Assembly: GCA_964016885.1 (NCBI GenBank)
Contig: OZ024742.1
Location: 323,516,001-323,580,000, forward strand
DNA from: Eledone cirrhosa
Lineage: Eukaryota
Direction of reading: 5' to 3'
Length of the DNA: 64,000 nucleotides
In this document: positions 12,858 through 25,410 of the stretch, one piece after another
How positions within the stretch are numbered: the stretch's first letter is position 1
How the letters are laid out: every line of letters starts with the position of its first letter
Notes under the pieces: model-generated
What the model was told of the DNA's origin: nothing
The model's database searches: none
Seen by the model: only the letters and a program-made list of their open reading frames with translations
Program-made: the position numbers and the translations under genes

Positions 12858-15800
12858 GTGTTTTTTGTCGTGACACCTACACGATCTCTTTGTTTCGGCT
12901 TGGATGTTGTGGGACCAACATAACTGTACATTGAAAGGGGCGGTGTGGATGGGGTGGAGGTGGTGGGACGGGGGACGGGGGGGGGGTTGATAGAGATGCC
13001 TACTGACTGTAGTAGGTTTTTACTTTGTATTTAGGTAAGGCGGGTCTTCTCTATTACTGAGTACCGCCAAAGGTCTCGGTCCAGTGACATTGTCTTGGAG
13101 AGGTGTAAGCGTGTGAGGTCGGAATTTATCAGCTCGTCCCATGTTTTTCTGGGTCTGCCTACTCCGTGGCTATCGTCTATCTTTATTGCCCTGCACTTTG
13201 TTATACAGCTGTCATCTTTCATGCGCATCACGTGACCGTACCAACGTAGCCTTCTCTCGAGTAAACAACATCTGATCCCTCTTATCTCTAATTTTTTCCT
13301 TAGTTCGTTTATGCTTTGCCGTTCACGTATATTACTATTGCACATCCAGCGGAGCATGCAAGCTTCGTTCCTCTCTAGTCTGCGTATATCCTGTGCACAC
13401 ATTGCCCAGGTCTCACTGCCATGCAGCATTGCTGTTCATATGCAGGCATCGTATAACCTGCCTTTCATTTTTAGGGAGAACCCTCTAGCGGCTAATAGTG
13501 GTATAAGCTCTCTGAACTTTTTCCATCCAGTTCTGACTCTAGCTACTGTACTTTCAGAGCACCCTCCCCCACTGCTGATTTTGTCACCCAGGTAACGGAA
13601 GCTGTCCACTATTTCTATAGAACCCTCTGCGCAGTTGAAGGAGCTAGTATTTTGTGGGTACTTGCTGCTACTTATTGCACCAGAGCACCGGCCACATGTA
13701 AAATCTATGTTCTTAGTTAGCTTACCTGTGATCCCACTACATCTTTTATGCACCCATACTTTGCATTTGGGACATAAAATGGAGTTTCTACCTACGCCTT
13801 TCCTACACACTGAGCATGGTCATTTCCCAGATGGGACTGCCGCCTTATTTTCTTTCCTACAAACTAGAACTTTAGTCTTAGCCAGGTTAATTTTAAGGCC
13901 TTTTGATTCTAGGCCGTGCTTCCATGTTTGGAATTTCTTCTCTAGTTCGGTCATTGATTCAGCTATGAGCGTTAGATCATCTGCGTATAGGAGTTCCCAT
14001 GGGCAGCCGGTCTTGAACTCCTCTGTTATAGCCTGAAGGGCAATAATAAATAGTAGGGGGCTAAGAACAGAGCCCTGATGGACACCAACTTTTACGCTAA
14101 ACTCTTCACTATATTCGTTGTTAATTCTAACCTTACTGACTGTTTCTTTATACATGGCTTGTATAGCTCTCACAAGCCATTCGTCAACACCTAGTTTTCT
14201 AAGAGACCACCAGATAATGGAACGGGGGACTCTGTCGAAGGCTTTCTCCAAGTCGACGAAAGCTAAGTATAGGGGTTTACTTTTAGCTAGGTACTTCTCC
14301 TGTAGTTGTCGTACAATGAAAAGAGCGTCTGTGGTACTTTTGCCTGACACAAATCCGAACTGCATTTCATCTAGATCAATTCTCTCTCTGATTAGTTGCG
14401 CTATTACTTTTTCCGTGACCTTCATGACTTGGTCGATTAATTTAATGCCTCTATAGTTACTCCTATCTAGGGCATCTCCTTTTCCCTTATAGCAGTTAAC
14501 GATGATGCTGCTACGCCAGTCCTTCGGAACAACCCCATTCTGTACGACTTGGTTAACTATCCGGGTGACCATGGTGTGTCCCACCGAACCAGATGCCTTC
14601 AGCATCTCAGCAACTATTTCCGAAGGACCAGCCGCCTTACCCGTCTTCATATCTTTGATTGCCTTGCTTATTGTACTACCCTGGACTAACACTGCTGGTC
14701 CCTCTATTGGGTCGATGTGGGGGAGACTGTCTTTCTCCCATTTGTTCTCCTCATTTAGAAGCCTTTCGTAGTGACACTTCCAAGCTACCTTCTTATCAGC
14801 GTCGGTGATGGCAAGTATGCCATCATCGTTAAGCACACACTTCTCCCCGACAATATCACGGTTTTCCTTGACACATTGCCTGGCAATCCTGAACACCTCA
14901 CGTTTTTGGTCCTCACGTTGTAGAACATGCTTGAACTTTCTTTCCTCTGCTTCTCTTCTTGCGAAGTACACTTGTCTCCTAGCTTCCCTCCTGGCCACCT
15001 GATAGTCTTCTCTACTTCCCTCATCCCGCCATGCTTTCCAAGCCTGCTTTTTGGCCTTAATTGACTCCTCCACCTTACTGTTCCACCACCATGTTACTCT
15101 CCTCCTACCTACAGGCCTGCTCCAGCCACAGACTTCGTCTGCCGCCGTCAGCAGGTTTGCTCTCAGGAATTCCCACTGTTCCTCTATATTATACGACTCT
15201 AATTGCTCTTCCTTACTGTCGAAAGCGTCAAGTAATATGCTTTGAAATTTATTTCTGGCTATGGGGTCCTTTAGCTTCCATATTTTTCTCCTGAGGATAG
15301 TCCTCTTCCGCTGTCTAGTACGTCTCGTCCTGACTATGAGGTCGCTAATTATCAGTCTATGTTGGGAGGTGAATTCTTCATGGGGGAGGGATTTAGTGTT
15401 AACAACAGACACTGTCACGTCTTCTGGTAAGGATATAATCTACCTGGCTTGTGTGTTCCCCCGATCTATAGGTGATCAAGTGATTGTCTCGTTTTTTGAA
15501 GTTAGTGTTACAGATAGTTAAGTTATTTGCGTCGCAGAATTCCAGGATTCTGGAGCCTTCCTCATTTCTAGTACCGAACCCATAGCCTCCATGGATTCCG
15601 TCATAGCCGTCACAATGCTGTCCAACGTGACCATTTAGGTCGCCTGCAATAACTATATAGTCACTGTCGGTTATTTGGGAGGTAGCGAGCATCAGTGTCT
15701 CGTAGAATCTGTCTTTTATAGCACCGGGCAGTCCGGATTGTGGTGCGTACGCAGATATTACTGTCACCGTAGTTTTATTGAGGACAAGTCTTATTTTAAT

Positions 15801-16506
15801 TATTCTGTTGTTCACTCTATTTACGTCTATTATCTTATCTGCCCACTTTTCTGCTACCATGATTCCTACCCCACCCAACCCATTGTCATTTCCCACCCAG
15901 AAAAGCTTATAGCATCGTTCTTTACCCACGATGAATCTAGCCGACCCGCCCCTCCACCTGGTCTCTTGAATACAACAAACATCGACCTCCTTACGTTCAA
16001 GCATTTCTACAACCTCGTTAGAGCGACCCTTTAAGGTGCCTACATTCATGGTACCAACTCTGAAGTTTTGGATTGCGTTTGGAGGGTGGGAGCGGTGGGG
16101 CGGGGGGGGGGGGGGGGGGGGGGGTTATGTTAGCCATCCAGGGCCGAAACAAGGCGGAGTGCTTGCATTCTCGTCCACGAGGTGAATTTGTCTTTATCTT
16201 TGGCATTGTCGCTGAGCGTCCACATTTTTCTCTCTTCAACTCTCCAGAATTCCGTAGTCCATCCATCATATCGAAAAGCAACCAGTTAGGCGATAGTATG
16301 GGCCTCTGACTTATGATTGGTCCACGTAATAATGGTGGTGCGTGGGGGCGGGTGGGAGGGATGATGTGTTGCTAGCGAGAATGTAAGGTTTAAGATAAGA
16401 TCGCCGTATTTTGGGCATAATTTAACAATAAACGAAAATACAAGATTTGTTTTGTTTAAGAAAATACGATAGAGAAAATGCGGTGATAGGGAAAATATGA
16501 TTTTTA

Positions 16507-16714
16507 GAGAAAAAATATGATATAGAATGGTGAAAATATGATATGGTGTGAAATTAGGACATAGAATAGTGATTGAATGAATGGATTCGAATGGAGAGAA
16601 GAATCGAGAAAAAATATGATATAGAATGGTGAAAATATGATATAGTGTGAAATTAGGACATAGAATAGTGATTGAATGAATGGATTCGAATGGAGAGAAG
16701 AATCGAGAAAAATA
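16507..16714 (-). repeat. 99-bp tandem duplication in the LINE 5' region
   Basis: Units start at 16507 and 16606, partial third at 16705. Confidence 0.85.
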
Positions 16715-16901
16715 TTTGAACGTTACTTTCAAATAGTGAAATTCCTGAAAACTTTTTTTTTTTTTTGTTTTTTGATGTTAGATGCCCTTCCTGACACCAA
16801 CCTTTTTAATCACTTCTTAGGACATGCAGAGCTATGATGTACTGATTCTAAACTGGACTGACTCAACAGTTACAAAGGAAAGAGTGAAGTAATGAATTTA
16901 C

Positions 16902-17063
16902 CTCTTCATTAACGAGAATTCCTTTGATCAAGTCATCTCTTGTTTGGTAATCAAAATCATCTGTAAACATCTGTGGCACAAACTGGGAGCAGACAGCGAT
17001 TTGGCAATCCAATAAGTCATAGTGGATGGATGACACTTTAGATCGTTTCTTAGTAACAGCAGA
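16902..17063 (-). CDS. EIF2B5: eIF2B epsilon exon 5 (..[40 protein letters not shown])
   Basis: tttcAG acceptor, GTAAAT donor, 162 nt; DLLDC..C and FTDxFDYQ motifs. Confidence 0.95.
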
Positions 17064-17927
17064 CTGAAAGAATAAATGGTTGAAAAATGGTAAATGATAA
17101 ATTCTGACATAAGTGTATAAAATTAGTGAGAATGGACAGTGAGAATATTTATGGAGCTAAATGAAACATGATTAGTGATGAAAATAACTTCTTAAAATCA
17201 TAACCATCTACGTTTTAACATGGGTTTTTTCATGCTGGCATAAGTTATTCTCTTACCTCTTTCTGTAACCGGCCACCCACACTGACATTAAGGTATTGTT
17301 TTCTAAATAAATAATATCAAAATCTCATTATGTGAGGTAAAACCTTTACCATGAAAATACAATAGTAAATATAGAGTAATGTAAATGCTAATGGGTTAAG
17401 GAACACATGCTTGCATGGGTTAGACGAGTTGTCCTGTCAGGTCAAGTGACCATGCTTTGCTCATACAGAACTGATTTTGACATCGTTTCTACAGCTGGAT
17501 GCCCTTCTTAACACTGTAGTTTAATATTTCATATGCTTCATATGATAAAACAGAACCTTTGTTACAAATAGAAACAACAGTTTTTAAAACTGATCTACTT
17601 TCTAGGTCACCTCCAAGGCCCGATACTTCTTCCTCCACTCCCATCAATGCCTCCCCAGTACTGCTGCCATGATAAAAATTCACCAGTCCACCCAGTAAAA
17701 TGGTGCCATGATTAAAAGCACCTAATAAACCTTGTAAATTTATAGTGCTGAAGGCATGATAAAATGCTTGCAGTACAAATTGTAAAGTGCTTGGCATTAG
17801 GAAGGGTATCCAGCCATAGAAACTAAGCCCAAAACAGAGGGAACAAGCAAGATGTATCACCTGATCTATCAATCCTCAATACATGACAACCCAACTAACC
17901 CATGCAAGCATGAAAAATAGACATTAA

Positions 17928-18157
17928 CCCTTTAGTGTTCAAACTGGCCAAAACCTGCCAAAACCAGCCAGAATTCTCTAGCTCTTTCTGTTGAAACTGG
18001 CTGTAACTGGTCACTCAAACTGATGTTATGGTATTGTTCTCAAAATAAATACTTTCAAAATCTCATAGGTGAGATATTAATTGAGATAATTATGTGAGGT
18101 AAAGCCTTTACCATGAAAATATAATAGTATATATAGAGTAATGTGAATGTTAAAGGG
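17928..18157. mobile_element. piggyBac-like MITE; other copies at 5282-5466, 7436-7630, about 17230-17395, 20414-20630 and 62187-62381
   Basis: TTAA|CCCTTTAG...TAAAGGG|TTAA termini and shared internal sequence. Confidence 0.82.
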
Positions 18158-18709
18158 TTAAATGGTGAAGATGATGATAATGGTGACTCTTTCTTACTGT
18201 AGCAATTGTGCTGTCACTACAATCATGACCTTTTTTTTAGTCATATGTTAATGGGAATGAAGAGTTCTGATGTTTATAGTGCTAACCAGCCTTATACAAA
18301 AGAAATTTCATTTTTAACTTTCAAAATATATAAATAAATATATCATCATCATTTCCATGCTGGCATAGGTTAGATGTAACTTTTTAAGGCAATATTTTAC
18401 AGCCAGATTCCCTTCCTGATACCAACCATTTTAGTCGCTTCTTACAACATACAGAGATAGTGTACAGATTCTAAACCGGATACATATGGTATAATAATAA
18501 TCATTATCGTTTTCACAACTTTCCCATGCTGGCATGGATTGGACAGAACTTTTTGAGGCAATGTTTTACAGCTGGATACATTTACTGACACTTTTTTTAA
18601 TGACATGCAGAGATATGGTGTACCTATTCTAAACTGGATACAAATATGTTAAATTCTACAATCTATCCATTTGTTTCAAGGAGTGAAAGACAAATGAATA
18701 GCTACTCAC

Positions 18710-18878
18710 AGTAGAAATAGAAGTGATATTGTCGACCTTCTGGTAATGCCGCACTCTCTGGGTGGCACTATCAACAGAAATAACAAAGTCATCATCAGGG
18801 CTACGTGCTGGATGTCCTGGTTTTGCAGTTTTCATTATCAATGTCATGGCAGCAAGTTTATTAGCTTCCCGTGTTTTT
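18710..18878 (-). CDS. EIF2B5: eIF2B epsilon exon 4 (KTREANKLAAMTLIMKTAKPGHPARSPDDDFVISVDSATQRVRHYQKVDNITSIST)
   Basis: tttcAG acceptor, GTGAGT donor, 169 nt, phase 2-0, open frame. Confidence 0.9.
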
Positions 18879-18909
18879 CTGAAATGGTAAAATAAATTTG
18901 TTTTTTTAG

Positions 18910-19228
18910 ATAGGGTGTGTAGCTTGGAGATCAGAAAGTCACTCTAGGTAGAGCCGCTACTTCTCTGAATTGAGAGATCACAGCTCTGAAACTATGGGCA
19001 TGTGGTTAGAATGACTCAGGAAAGAATCGTTGGACAGATTTTATGGGCAAAATCAACCAGCAGGAGACCCAGGCGTAAATCCAAAGCAAGATGGTTAGAT
19101 AACATCCATGAGCTTGATTGGTCTTGTTTGGGGATCCAGCCAGATCAGTTGGTGATGGTTGCTTCTGACAGGACCCACTGGAAGGAGTGTCTGAGGACCC
19201 TGCTCCCACGACCCTCTCAAGATTAAGT
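18910..19228 (+). mobile_element. RTE-like LINE 3'-end fragment; related fragments at about 38550-38750 (-), 60410-60670 (-) and 63850-64000 (+)
   Basis: Shared RWLDNI.EL.WS.LGIQP...DR..W..LPRP coding remnants. Confidence 0.75.
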
Positions 19229-20812
19229 ACGTGAAGAAGAATATTTAAAAAATTGAAATTTCTCCCCAATTTGTTTTTCTTCTTGTTTTCTTTCTGAAGT
19301 ACAACAGGAAATACTCTTAATATTCTGTAATGATTTAGTAGAAAATGTCTAAAAACTGGTTTGTTAATTTAAATGTTTATAGTATCTGTTTGTAGCTCTG
19401 TTGTGAAAGTTTACAGTATTAGTGTGTACAAACTTTAATTTTTATTGTGATGCAATCAAAGGGCTGTTTTGTACTTTTCAAGAATGCCTTGCTATTGTGC
19501 TTTTAGATAGTTCAGCATGTTATGAGTTAAGGAATTGCACTACTAATTACAAGATTAAGTTAATATTTTTTTAACAGAGTCATACATTATAAGTTTCAAA
19601 TGGACCAATCATATTGATTCATTGAATGATGGCAAGAACAAGAGATTGTTTGTGTAACATAGGTTTGTCCGAAGGCACTGATTTAGGCACAAGGCCAGCA
19701 ATTTGAAGAGAAGGGAAAGTCAATTATATAGATCCCAGTACTTTACTCGTACGTTATTTTATCAACCTCAAAAGGATTTGAACTTAAAACTTAAAACATT
19801 TGCCTGACAAACTAAAAAAGTTAATCCACTGCCCTTAGGCAACTAGAATAATGGAAAATTCAAGCTAAAGGGACTTGTCACCCTCCCACTCCAAGCACTA
19901 TGTTTCTCCCATCATACTTCCATTCTCTTCACACACTCATCTTGATTCTTCTATCATTGCTCTTTTTTCTGTTTCACCCTCTTGGTCATGCAGCTTTGAA
20001 GGAACAGGAACCCTTTAGTCTTGCATGATACAAGGTCACCGTACTATTGCTGGTGCCATGATAAAAATGCACCTAGTACAATATGAATGGTAATAAGAAG
20101 GGTATTCAGTTGTAGAAATCATGGCAAACTGGCACATACAAGCAAGACATGGTCCTCCAACTTACAGACTATAGATAACCTTTGCAACCAATGCCAGCAT
20201 GGGAAGTGGGTCTAAAATTAATGATAACTAAGGGGCTCTGATATAAATAAAAGACATAAAAAGCAATGTAAAATATCGTCTAACTCATGCTAGCGTGGAA
20301 GATAGATGTTAAACGATGATGATAAAAAGAATTAAAATGTACAGAAAACAACCTTATTTTTAACCCTTCATTACCATATTTATAATGAAATACACAGTGC
20401 TTGAATTAATTAACTCTTTAGCATTTACATTACTATACTATTGTATTTTCGCAGTAAAGGCTTTATCTCACATAATTATCTTATAATATCGAATCTACAA
20501 AATTTTGATGATATTATTTATTTTGAGAATAATACCCTAAATGCCGGTATGAGTGGCCAGTTATCGCTGGTCTGAACAGAAAGAGGTGAGAGAATTATAG
20601 CTGGATATGGCCAGCTTAAATGCTATAGTGTTAATGAAGAATTTGGAAGGGTTTACTAAAATAATTATTTCATTATTAACATGGTATTTGTAAGATAATT
20701 TAACAAAAGGTTCTTTTGTCAAATTATGATGGAGGATTTTAATTGAAATAAGAACTCTTTAAAATGGATTGAATGCTGCAAAATTAAGAGGAAAACCGTT
20801 TAGTTGACTTAC

Positions 20813-20995
20813 TTGTGAATCTGTATAATATCAGTGAGCTTCAAGTTTGCAACAGTGTCTCCAAATAACAAAACAAAATCATTACGAATCAATGATCGAT
20901 TATCAATATCTCTCATGGCATCCCCAAGAGAATAACAGCCTTTCAAGATCACAATTGTCACAGTCACTGAAGTTTTCTTAAACCAACCTGCATCT
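20813..20995 (-). CDS. EIF2B5: eIF2B epsilon exon 3 (..SLGDAMRDIDNRSLIRNDFVLLFGDTVAN..)
   Basis: tttAG acceptor, GTAAGT donor, 183 nt, phase 2-2; SLGDA.RD and DF.L..GD.V.N motifs. Confidence 0.95.
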
Positions 20996-21019
20996 CTAAA
21001 AATAAAATATAATAATATT

Positions 21020-22712
21020 AGTTTCTGATTTAGGCACAAGACCAACAATTTTGGGGGAAGGGAAAGTCGATTAAATCAACCCTAATGCATTACTGGTACT
21101 TTATTTTATTGACTCCATAAGGATGAAAGGCAAAGCTAACTTTGGCAAGATTTGAACTCAGATTGTAAAGGGGCGTAACTGTGCCATAAAGCATGTTGTC
21201 TGACTAGCACTACTGTCAACCCACCACCCTAATAATATTAATAAAAACACCCAGTCAACCATGTAATGTGGTTGGCATTAGGAATGGCATCCTGCCATAG
21301 AAAACCAAGCAAAAAAAGTGGATAAGCAAGACGTAGTAACCTGACTTGTCTAGCCTCATAACATGACAACCCATCTAACCAATACAAGCATGGAAAGATA
21401 GAGGTTAAACGGTGATGATGAATGGTTTCTAATTTAAGCACAAGACCAGAAATTTGAGACAGGGGGTGGGAGGTCAATTATATTGACCTCCAGTACTTTA
21501 CTGGTACTTTATTTTATTGACCTCGAAAGGATAAAAAGCAAAGTTGGCCTCAGCAAGATTTGAATTCAAGACATAAGCATTTTGTCCAACACTGCCAATC
21601 AACCACCTTCTAAAATAATGGTTTCAGATTTAGATACAAAACCCAGGAAAAGGAAGCGGGAAATCGAGTAAATCGACTCCAGTGTGTTATTTTTTGATCT
21701 TGTAAAGATGAAAGGCAAAACTAACCTCAGTGGGATTGAAACTCAGATCGTAAAGGGCCGCAACTATATGCAGCAAAGCATGTTGTCTGATTCTCTACCA
21801 ATACTGCCAAACCACCACCCTTTTCTAATTTAATAATATGAATAATAAAGAAGCAATCATTTTTACGAAGTGTTGAGCAAATTTGAATTTCGAAATTGTT
21901 AGCTTATTGTAAGCTACAACAACGCAGTTTTAAATAACAAAACAAACAAGTTGGTTGGTAATAGCATATGGCAAATTTGACCTCAGTGATAATTCAACTT
22001 GGAACGCAAAAAAGCTAAAATAAACGCTACACAGCATTTTGTCCGACGTTCTAACAATTGTCAATTCATAACATCTCCAGAGAGTTTTGAACACAGACCA
22101 TGAAGGGCGGCAACTCTAGTAGTTTGCCCAATTTATCTTTACAAAAATTCTTTGTATCTAACATGGGCACAAGGTCAGCAATTTGGGGGAAGGAGAAAGT
22201 CGATTATATCGATCTCAGAACTTGACCGATACTTTATTTTATCGACCCCGGAAGAATGAAAGGCAAAATTGATCTCGGCAAGATATTAATCCAGAATGTA
22301 GAAAGTCCTAACTAAATACAGAAAAGCATTTGGTCAGACGATTTACCAATACTGCCAATCCATGCTATCTTTACAATAAGGGTTTCTGATTTAAACAAGG
22401 CCAGCAACTTGGGGGGAAGAGAAAGTCGACCCTAGTGCATTACTGGTACTTTATTTTATAGAACCCATAAAAATGAAAGGCAAAGTTAACCTTGGCGTTG
22501 GCAGGATTTGAACTCAGGACATAAAGGGCCGTAACTGTGCCATGAAGCATGGTGTCCAATGCTCTACCGATACTGCCAATCTTTACAATAATGGTTTCTG
22601 ATTTAGGCACAAGGCCAACAATTTTTTTTTTTGGGGGGGGGGGGGATTAAATTGACCCCAGTGCATTATTGGTGCTTTATTTTATCGACCCCGTAAGGAT
22701 GAAAGGCAAAGC
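21020..22712 (-). mobile_element. Cluster of about 8 co-oriented, diverged Nin-domain SINE copies and fragments in EIF2B5 intron 2
   Basis: Repeated GGCACAAGGCCAGCAA..TACTGGTACTTTATTTTAT..GATGAAAGGCAAA..GATTTGAACTC blocks. Confidence 0.82.
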
Positions 22713-23097
22713 TACAACGAGTGTTGTTTAACTCCAGGGCTTGTAATGTGTAGCAGAAGCAGCGTAATAGATGTGAAAGCAGTATGTTCTGGTCTTGAAG
22801 AGAAATGTTAGTATTTACAGTGCATTCTTTGTTATGTTGAGTGAGATCTTCAGGAGAGATCCTCAGAGATATTGAATCCTAGTATCTGGAGACTTTAAGG
22901 GTTCTAGTTGCATGCCATTCGTGTTTAGGGGAGTGAGTGTGATACTGTTTCCTTAATATGTGTAGTGATTGAGCCTTTGTGCTTTTGAAAATGACAAGAC
23001 AGGTATGACACTATTGAGGAATGTTTTCAAGGATTCTGTTCATAGAGTCAATATAGGTTTGGCATAATAAGCCAGTACAATATTATTAATACATTAC

Positions 23098-23222
23098 CGT
23101 AGGTAATCATCAATTTGGTTGAAGTGGCTACTACAGAAGACAAAGATTTCTTCAATTCCAGCTGCAGCCAAAAATTCAAGAGTATACTCAATCAGAGGTA
23201 TATTTACCAAAGGCAGCAACAC
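23098..23222 (-). CDS. EIF2B5: eIF2B epsilon exon 2 (VLLPLVNIPLIEYTLEFLAAAGIEEIFVFCSSHFNQIDDYLR)
   Basis: tttgtcAG acceptor, GTAATG donor, 125 nt; manual translation matches the conserved nucleotidyltransferase-like region. Confidence 0.95.
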
Positions 23223-23282
23223 CTGACAAAAGAGAAAAAATTGTATATTACCAAACTTCATTATATCAGCAATGCAAAGTTA

Positions 23283-23523
23283 AGGCGGTGAATTGGCAGT
23301 ATCGGTAGAAGGTCGGACGCCATGCTTTCCAGCACAGTTACGTCCCTTTACGATCAGAGCTCAAATCCCGCCGAGGTTGACTTTGCCTTTCATCCTTACG
23401 AGGTCGATAAAATAAAGTACCAGTAATGCACTGGGTTATTGCTGGCCTTGTGCCTAAAGTAGAAACAATTATATCAGCAATGCACTGGGTAATTGCTGGC
23501 CTTGTGCCAAAAGTAGAAACAAT
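23283..23523 (+). mobile_element. tRNA-derived Nin-domain SINE with duplicated 3' tail; further copies at about 35079-35260 (+), 36148-36324 (-), 41158-41280 (+), 41930-42121 (-), 42213-42402 (+), 47476-47655 (+), 47674-47810 (+), 63357-63708 (+, two)
   Basis: A-box-like TGGCAGTATCGG, B-box-like G(T/C)TCAAATCC, core GCCTTTCATCC..GTCGATAAAATAAAGTACCAG, tail GTAGAAACAATTAT. Confidence 0.88.
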
Positions 23524-23554
<31 letters not shown>

Positions 23555-24358
23555 TATATATAATATATATATAATATAATATATATATAATATAATATAT
23601 ATATAATATAATATATATATAATATAATATAATATATATATAATATAATATATATATAATATAATATATATATAATATAATATATATATATATAATATAA
23701 TATATATATAATATAATATATATATAATATAATATATATATATATAATATATAATATATAATATATAATATATATATAATATAATATATATATAATATAA
23801 TATATATATAATATAATATATATATATATAATATATATATAATATAATATATATATATATAATATATATATATATAATATATATATAATATAATATATAT
23901 ATATATAATATATATATAATATAATATATATATATATAATATATATATAATATAATATATATATATATAATATATATATAATATATATATATAATATAAT
24001 ATATATATAATATAATATATATATAATATAATATATATATAATATAATATATATATATATATAATATAATATATATATAATATAATATATATATAATATA
24101 ATATATATATATATATATATAATATATATATAATATAATATATATATAATATAATATATATATATATAATATAATATATATATAATATATATATAATATA
24201 ATATATATATAATATAATATAATATATATATAATATAATATAATATATATATAATATAATATAATATATATATAATATAATATATATATAATATAATATA
24301 TATATAATATAATATATATATATATATAATATATATATAATATAATATATATATATAT
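23523..24358. repeat. (TA)n/(TATAA)n compound microsatellite
   Basis: Pure A/T low-complexity tract. Confidence 0.97.
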
Positions 24359-24651
24359 AAAAACAAATAACGAAACGAAATTAAATTTTGTTTCGTTTGT
24401 AACTCACTTTTGTATGACTGACGCTTAAACAATTAAGTTAAAAATGTACATCCACATATGTATACTGAAATACTAGTATGCATATGAATACACACACGTA
24501 TACATATGTAGATGTACCGAGTTTTTCACTGGTCACTTTACTGTGAGTGTCCAGCTATTCTGTATGTAAACACACAGACAAACCGGTTTTTAGAGTCATA
24601 CTGGTTTTTGAGGAAACACCTTTCCTCTATTCTCCAGAAAGCCAGACAAGG

Positions 24652-24696
24652 AATATTGAACTAGTTTCGATGTTGTTACATCTCATCAGCAATATT
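24652..24696 (-). ncRNA. Minimal type-I hammerhead ribozyme, copy 1
   Basis: Minus strand AAUAUUG-CUGAUGA-GAUGU(AACA)ACAUC-GAAA-CUAG-UU^CAAUAUU: 7-bp stem I, 5-bp stem II, palindromic CUAG stem III, complete core. Confidence 0.88.
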
Positions 24697-25117
24697 TACC
24701 TATCTTCCGGCCTTTCTAGAGAATCGTAAAAGCACATATCGTTATATGCTTTTTCTATGAAAATTAGTAGTGGGCAGACTAATTTGCATACAGCGTGAGT
24801 ACGTACCGGTTCAACGGAGACGATAAAAACAAATAACGAAACGAAATTAAATTTTGTTTCGTTTGTAACTCACTTTTGTATGACTGACGCTTAAACAATT
24901 AAGTTAAAAATGTACATCCACATATGTATACTGAAATACTAGTATGCATATGAATACACACACGTATACATATGTAGATGTACCGAGTTTTTCACTGGTC
25001 ACTTTACTGTGAGTGTCCAGCTATTCTGTATGTAAACACACAGACAAGCCGGTTTTTAGAGTCATACTGGTTTTTGAGGAAACACCTTTCCTCTATTCTC
25101 CAGAAAGCCAGACAAGG

Positions 25118-25162
25118 AATATTGAACTAGTTTCGATGTTGTTACATCTCATCAGCAATATT
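25118..25162 (-). ncRNA. Minimal type-I hammerhead ribozyme, copy 2
   Basis: Identical motif 466 nt from copy 1. Confidence 0.88.
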
Positions 25163-25410
25163 TACCTATCTTCCGGCCTTTCTAGAGAATCGTAAAAGCA
25201 CATATCGTTATATGCTTTTTCTATGAAAATTAGTAGTGGGCAGACTAATTTGCATAGAGCGTGAGTACGTACCGGTTCAACGGAGACGATAAAAACAAAT
25301 AACGAAACGAAATTAAATTTCGTTTCGTTTGTAACTCACTTTTGTATGACTGACGCTTAAACAATTAAGTTAAAAATGTACATCCACATATGTATACTGA
25401 AATACTAGTA

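Larger units (their letters stand above)
12172..16750 (-). mobile_element. Near full-length RTE-type LINE (APE + RT + internal Cys/His zinc finger), (GAT)n tail, in EIF2B5 intron 5
   Basis: APE (NVGTL, QETRW, AYAPQ, GDLNGHVG, DYIL), RT (DLEKAFDRV, GVHQGSVLSP, YADD); frameshift near 15418 and stops at 13820 and 13436; 5' end approximate. Confidence 0.95.

Noticed and set aside
23283-23370. tRNA gene-like A/B boxes (also at 35281 and other SINE heads)
   Set aside because: No full cloverleaf; they continue into SINE core and tail
24547-25195. Two identical 60-aa ORFs
   Set aside because: By-product of the 466-bp duplication; GTG start, no recognisable domain, antisense to the hammerheads
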